Positions 8,092-13,320 of a stretch of DNA of 13,320 nt are shown here, piece by piece (within the stretch, counting starts at the first letter, position 1; each line of letters opens with the position of its first letter). Source of the DNA: Paraspadella gotoi (taxonomy: Eukaryota > Animalia > Chaetognatha); the NCBI GenBank assembly GCA_051294375.1, contig JBJCIZ010001556.1:1-13320 (forward strand). Direction: 5' to 3'. The notes beneath the pieces are model-generated. The model was not told the origin of the DNA. It searched no databases and saw only the letters and a list, made by a program, of their open reading frames with translations. Position numbers and translations under genes: made by a program.

Positions 8092-11000
8092 CGACGATTT
8101 TTGTTTTTAATAAGTTTTTATTGGACTTTTTTTAAATTTTGCATTATATGAGAAAACGCTTTTGAATTAAGCCCGCGCTCTACCTGATTTGAATAGTAAA
8201 ATCAATACAGTTTCTGTCAATTGTGTTCAAAATTGAAAAAAATGAAGGCTTGACTATGCAGTTTTCACCTAAAAAACCAGTTCATTTGATTGCTTTATCA
8301 AGCAATTATAGATTGCAAGAATTTAATTTTGCTTTTTTTCATCATGTAGAGAAGACAATAAGGTTTCGGAAACTGTACTAATATGTATGATTTGGTCTTT
8401 TTTACTCAAGAGCCAGGAGGTTTTCTTGGAATAGGGAAAAAACGACCTGACCAGTCTATTTAAATACCATTTTTTGGGCAATGATAAATTGGGAATTTCG
8501 ATCGCGCTCTACCTCCATTGGCTTCCCAAGACGCCAAGCTTTCGAAATCTGCCCATATTGATATAATTTTTTGGGCCGTGACTATGCAGTTTTGAATAGA
8601 AGTGAAATATAAAGGAATCTTGATCGGAGCTTCGATTCGAACGATGCTCATCTCTACATTTACTCTTGTCAGAAACTCGGTCCCAACCCAGCAAAATTTC
8701 TATTGGAGAAATGTTAGTATAAACAGTGTTTGTAGCAATGCGATCTATGATACTATCAAATAATGTGTTTTTGTAAAAATAATACGTTTTAATCTACGGG
8801 CTGAAATATTACGTATATAGTCAGAGAGTGGAATCATACTGGACCGCATCTAAAGCAATATTCTTTATCAATATGTACAGGGAGTTTATGAAATATTTTA
8901 ATCAGCACGTAGTTGTAATTTGTCAAATTTCTCCCAGTGGTATTTACCAGCAGTTAGAAAAACAGGGAGATGAGTATAAAATATGATACCACAAGAGAAG
9001 AAAATAAATGGTGAACAAGATTAAATTGTCCTCCATGAACAAAACGGAAAGTCTGTTTATAGCCAAAATTTTAGAATTTTGCCCTTCGTAAATAATTCAT
9101 TAATATGTATTGTCCACGTTAATTTGCGATCTATTTTACAACCTAAAAAACCGATTGTACACATACAGGAATTTTCTCATCGAACAAGTAAAGTTTTACA
9201 TCATAGTTAAATAGAGATGGACATCTGGTTATTAGAATGCAGTTGGAATTTTGCCGGACATAAACCTAGAAACCAGGTATTACACCATTTTTCCAGGCGG
9301 TGAAGGGTTTTTTGAAGACATGAGGAGGCAGCATCCAAGTTTTGGGAGACTGCCCAAGCGATGAGGTCATCCGCTATTGAGATGAATTTTCTAAAACATC
9401 ATGTTTTAAATTGTGATTGAGGGCTCCTATATTGAATCATTTTGGATAGGGAGATCTTCTATATAAAAGGCAAAGATCTCTGACTGAGTACTGCTCCTTG
9501 GGGAGAGCCACAAAGAATATCTACCAGTTCAGACGTTTCACCTCTTGATATGACGCAGAATTTTCTGTTTGACAGAAAAGAGCAAATAATTTTTAACATG
9601 CCTATAGGCAATTTGGTCTTTATCAACTTGAATTTTAAGCCTGGAGCCATATGTTATCAAAATGCTTTTGCATAGTCGAGTGTCACAAGAATTGTTCCGC
9701 CCCTTGCTTTAAAAGCCCGCGTGTGCGTCCTCGACCAGACGTATGATATTTTCAGGCGCAGATCTGCCTTTTTTAAATCTGATTGTAACATGCGGCGTTT
9801 TCCTCGTTTTTCCAGCATGCATATGAAGCCTGGTAATATCAACCGTTCAAATAATTTGCCAAGAACAGAAAGAAGACTTATAGGTCTATAATTTCGAGGG
9901 TTGGTAGGATCCTTTCCTGACTTAGGAATCACTCTGATGTTGGCAATTTTCCATGAGTCTGGAAAGTAGCCAAGTTGTAGACATGATTCGAAAATGAAAG
10001 TTAGTGTCTTTAATGTTTTATCGGAAAAGTTTTTAACATTTTATGTGTGATTTCATCTTGACCTGGGGCAGACCTAGTTTTTAACGATTTTGATAGTTTC
10101 ATAAATATTTTGTGGCTTGAGTGTGTCTTTAACAAAAGTGTGGAAACTCTATATCGTCCATGACTGCACTGTTACCAGGCTCAAGAGTGTATGCAAATTT
10201 TTTAATTAATTGTTCAACTTCATTTTCCCATTCCTCATTACCTGGAGGAACAGGAGATTTGCCCATAATTGACCTAAGGTTTTCTGCATGTATTTTCAGA
10301 TTACTTTTATTATCAACTGCTTGAGTACCATCAGGTCTCTTCAGCATTGCTTCAGGTGGAGAGGGTGTTTTTGTATTCGTTATATCATTAATTAGTTTCC
10401 ATTTTTTTTTTGAAGGATCTTTTTCATTTAAAATAAAATTGGCTCTCTTCACATAATAATTGTTTAATGCTCTTTTGTTTAAAAACTTGATCTTTCGACA
10501 AAGCTGATTGAACTCCAATTTCCACTTTGTTGAGGTAAAAGCCCCAATTTACTGGCTCTCGTGATTTTTCTGCCAAGTAATCTTTTCCTTTTTATTAAGC
10601 ATTTTAGTTCAGGTGACAGAGTTATGTTATTGTAAGATGTGACCGTTTTCTTTTCAGTATTTTTCGTAAAAGCATCTTTTAAGATGTTAGTAAAACTGTG
10701 GATGGTTTCGTCAGCTTGTTTTTTTGAGAGAATTTCTGTAGTGAAGCTTGATAGACTATTGTCACAGAATTTACGAAACTCTGTCCAATTAGTTTTGTTT
10801 ACCAGAATATCATTTTTCATTGGTTGAAATTTGGTAGTAATTAAAAGTGGAAGGTGGTCACTACCAACATCTTCAAGGATTGCACATGAAAGAATTTTGG
10901 TTGAAAATTTGTTAACAGTTATGGCAATATCAAGAGTATTTGTGGCGCCCGTGGATTTACTTATGTATGTTGGGGAGTTGTTGTTTAGACAATGCAAGTT

Positions 11001-11517
11001 AAACTTGGTTAAATAATCTATGAGTTGTTCACCTTGCAGGGAGTCAGATCTACCGTAGAGTTGTGAATGAGGAGCATTAAAATCGCCAGCTAAGATGCCG
11101 AAAACTATGTTTGGTTTGTTTGTATAATTATTGAAGGCATGGAACAGAGATTCATGTAGTTGTTCTCCAGGATGATTGTAAAGAGTGCTTAGGATGAATT
11201 TTTCATTGTCTTTTAATAGTGTTTCAACAATTAAACTTTCTTTTGGTTGGTTATCAAATTTAATTTCTGCAGCAGGTAGATGGTTTGGAGTAGCTATCAT
11301 GACACCTCCTGCAGATGTGACAGAATTATTTATGAATATTTTATAGTTTTTTAAAGCAAATAAATCCTGAGAGCAACATCTTATGTCATTAAAAAGCAAA
11401 AATAAAGAATAGTTTTTTTCTAGATTGTCAATCAGATTTAAGAGTTCAATAAGCCGTGTTGGTTTACCATTAGTGTTCAGTTGCAGTACTGCAAGAGGTA
11501 GAGACTTAGCCATCACG

Positions 11518-13074
11518 TCAGCGTTTAGGGGGTCGTCCAGGTTTTGCTTTCCTTGGCATAAGTTGTAACCTTTGATCGTTTTCTGAGTTAAGGAGGCCAC
11601 TTTGGAAGACAGTTTCATTATCTTTCTGGGCTTGGCCTTCATTTTGAGATTGAGATTGAGTGAAATCAACATCGGTAGCCCAATCTGAGATAATCTGTTG
11701 TGTGGCTGCAAGATGTTCTATGCTATTTTCAATTATGTTTGTTGGAGTTTGGTTGTCCGAGTTGATTAGGTAAGTCACTTTTGGAATTGTATTGGATGTT
11801 GACAGACTTTTAGGCTTATTTTGATTATTCTGTATTTCATTAATGGATCTTTTTATGGAGGAGACAATATTTTGTTGCTCTAATTCTGCTCCTATTCCCA
11901 TTTCACGCAATACAAGGATAACACAAAGACAAATTTTCTCCAAATTATCCTTATTTAAAGCTTCATTGGAAATTCGTGCATGGTTTTTTGCTACTTCAGC
12001 ATAGCTTGTTTGTATATTAGCGCAATTATGGACAGAAAGAGGTTTTGTTTGTTGGCGACAGGCTTCTTGGTAAATTGGACAAGATTTTGAGTTTGCAGCG
12101 TGTGGACCGTTACAGTTTGCGCATTTAGTGTCCTCAAAGTTTTTCTCGCAATTTTTGTGTGAATGTTCACCTGCACAGCGTAGACATATTGGTATTTCTT
12201 GTTGGCATTGATTGGAACCGTGACCATATTTCTGACATTTAAAACATTGAAGTATTTTTTGTACACAATATTCCGTAACAGAATGAACTTTGTGGAAAAT
12301 GTTAAGTTTGTTTGTGAGAATGGATTCTTTTTCTTTTAATGAATTAAGTGTTACCTTAACATTCCAACTTGGTTGCCCTGTAGAACCAGACTTAAGTCTT
12401 TTTATGAAGCTGGGACTAAATCCTTTAGAGATCATAGCTGTTTTGATATCGTCCTCAGAATATGCTGGGTCGATACCCTTGATTAGGACGTAGTGGGAGA
12501 CTGTGTGGGGTGGATCAAGTTTGGGGATGAAGACATAATCTTTATGTCTCCAATTGTCAATTTTCATTAGTGAGTTGAAGTCTTTATCTGTTTTTGCGAA
12601 AATGATCAGATCGCCGCGTTGAGTTATTTTTAGCTCGTCAAATTCAGCCGAGCCGTGAAAGGCTTCATTTACTACAGCAAGCACACATGGGCGAGATTTT
12701 CTGATCTCCGGTGGGAGTGTTGTTGAAACGATAACAGTTTTACGTGGGTCATGAATGTTGTTTTGTTGTGAATTAGAGACATGATCACGAGTCTCTTGAT
12801 TGGCGTTTTTTTGGCAGAAGGCATTTTCATCAATTCTATAACCAGAGCTGGCCAAGAGTCTTGCAAATGCTGTTTTTCGTTCGGGTTGAAGAGATTCTAA
12901 TTCTTTAAACAGTCGAGTTTCTGGAGAAGAAGACTCAGTTAATATTTCACAGTCTTGTGAGTTCATGTCTTCGGTATTCAACTCAGGAGAGTCTTTGTTA
13001 TTTTTATTTCTGTTACGAGATTTCTGGGCCTGGGAACCGGTGTCCTTTGTTTTAGAAGACATATCGGTGGACAT
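11518..13074 (-). CDS. LINE ORF1, gag-like nucleic-acid-binding protein, 518 aa, intact
   Basis: RRM/PRE_C2HC-like region (VLIKGIDPAYSEDDIKTAM…FIKRL…VKVTL) followed by CFKCQKYGHGSNQC, CLRCAGEHSHKNC and CANCNGPHAANSKSC (CX2CX4HX4C, CX2CX3HX4C, CX2CX3HX6C), the triple knuckle typical of I/Jockey/R1-group ORF1. Confidence 0.95.
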   Translation of the reverse strand: MSTDMSSKTKDTGSQAQKSRNRNKNNKDSPELNTEDMNSQDCEILTESSSPETRLFKELESLQPERKTAFARLLASSGYRIDENAFCQKNANQETRDHVSNSQQNNIHDPRKTVIVSTTLPPEIRKSRPCVLAVVNEAFHGSAEFDELKITQRGDLIIFAKTDKDFNSLMKIDNWRHKDYVFIPKLDPPHTVSHYVLIKGIDPAYSEDDIKTAMISKGFSPSFIKRLKSGSTGQPSWNVKVTLNSLKEKESILTNKLNIFHKVHSVTEYCVQKILQCFKCQKYGHGSNQCQQEIPICLRCAGEHSHKNCEKNFEDTKCANCNGPHAANSKSCPIYQEACRQQTKPLSVHNCANIQTSYAEVAKNHARISNEALNKDNLEKICLCVILVLREMGIGAELEQQNIVSSIKRSINEIQNNQNKPKSLSTSNTIPKVTYLINSDNQTPTNIIENSIEHLAATQQIISDWATDVDFTQSQSQNEGQAQKDNETVFQSGLLNSENDQRLQLMPRKAKPGRPPKR

Positions 13075-13295
13075 CTAATGTATTAGCCGTAAAAATTAGC
13101 CAATCAAACAATCATTAGAATTGTTTTTATGACGTTTAATATAAAATTCATGTTTATTGTAGATTTATTACAAAGAATGAGTTTTACAAAGCCGTAAGCA
13201 GAGTCACAGCGGATGTTGTTTCGTAGTTAACTTGATTTTTCTTGTTGTTTTTTCTAAGTCCAGGAAAAGTGAAAAAAATCGGAGGGATCGGATCA

Positions 13296-13303
13296 TACGT
13301 CCG
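13296..13303 (-). promoter_or_regulatory. Candidate DPE-like motif (CGGACGTA) of the LINE internal pol II promoter
   Basis: GGACGT on the minus strand at 13302-13297, ~225 nt upstream of the ORF1 ATG. Jockey/I-type LINEs carry an RGACGTG-like element about 30 nt inside their 5' end. Confidence 0.4.
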
Positions 13304-13320
13304 TTCAGTTCGGTGGTCAA

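Larger units (their letters stand above)
7170..8656. mobile_element. Non-autonomous hAT-like DNA transposon inserted in the LINE ORF2 C-terminus
   Basis: Left end (t)ggggatgagcatcgtt versus reverse complement of right end tagagatgagcatcgtt. 8-bp direct repeat catttact at 7162-7169 and 8657-8664. Removal restores the ORF2 reading frame. TAG(A/G)GATG termini with 8-bp TSDs are typical of hAT elements. Subterminal aatcgc repeats at 7294-7322. Confidence 0.88.
7110..11513 (-). pseudogene. LINE ORF2 (APE endonuclease + reverse transcriptase + C-terminal CCHC), frameshifted and split by the insertion at 7170-8656
   Basis: ATG at 11513 (MAKSLPLAVLQLNTNG). APE motifs: QLNTNG, ILAGDFNA, TLDIAI, GSDHLP. 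RT motifs across frames: SAPGQDEI, PDSWKIANIRVIPKSGKD, YRPISLLSVLGKLFERLI, QSGFKKGRS, LDYAKAFD, GSPQGAVLS, Q(Y)ADD at 9379-9366, FLGCKIDRKLTW. Ends …SPIEILLGWDRVSDKSK|CLNCELERAHTICKLEE* with stop at 7112-7110. Reconstructed length ~970 codons, no RNase H. Confidence 0.93.
6954..13320 (-). mobile_element. Non-LTR retrotransposon (LINE), I/Jockey/R1 group, near full length, with nested DNA-transposon insertions
   Basis: ORF1 with three zinc knuckles, then an APE-RT ORF2 starting 4 nt after the ORF1 stop, a ~110-nt 3' UTR (7109-6999) and a tcaatattcaatat + (TC)n end. The 5' UTR runs off the window edge. Confidence 0.95.

Noticed and set aside
8460-8694. Two short minus-strand ORFs as the LINE C-terminus or a transposase remnant
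   Set aside because: Below 8657 they read into non-coding hAT-like DNA with no recognisable motifs. The real ORF2 end is at 7161-7110.
10639-12866. Short antisense or off-frame ORFs inside the LINE
   Set aside because: Shadows of ORF1/ORF2 with no independent motifs.

Overview
AT-rich, microsatellite-dense eukaryotic (probably invertebrate) genomic DNA. The right half (~6954-13320, minus strand) is a near-full-length non-LTR retrotransposon of the I/Jockey/R1 group. It has an intact 518-aa ORF1 with three CCHC knuckles and an ORF2 (APE endonuclease + reverse transcriptase, no RNase H) whose RT part is broken by many 1-nt indels. The last codons of ORF2, a C-x2-C-x5-H-x2-C knuckle, are split by a nested non-autonomous hAT-like element (7170-8656, 8-bp TSD). 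That element in turn contains a Transib/RAG-like element (7416-8091) with perfect CACAGTG RSS-heptamer ends and a 5-bp CGNCG TSD. The left half holds a 610-bp foldback MITE (2109-2718, 8-10-bp TSD), a probable decayed or indel-corrupted minus-strand host gene (polyproline exons at 3071-3710 and a hydrophobic 3' part interrupted by the MITE), a Helentron/HINE-like fragment with a 24-bp tandem array, a possible last exon at the window start, and long (TC)n, (GA)n and (CAT/CGT)n repeats that generate most of the short ORF-track calls.
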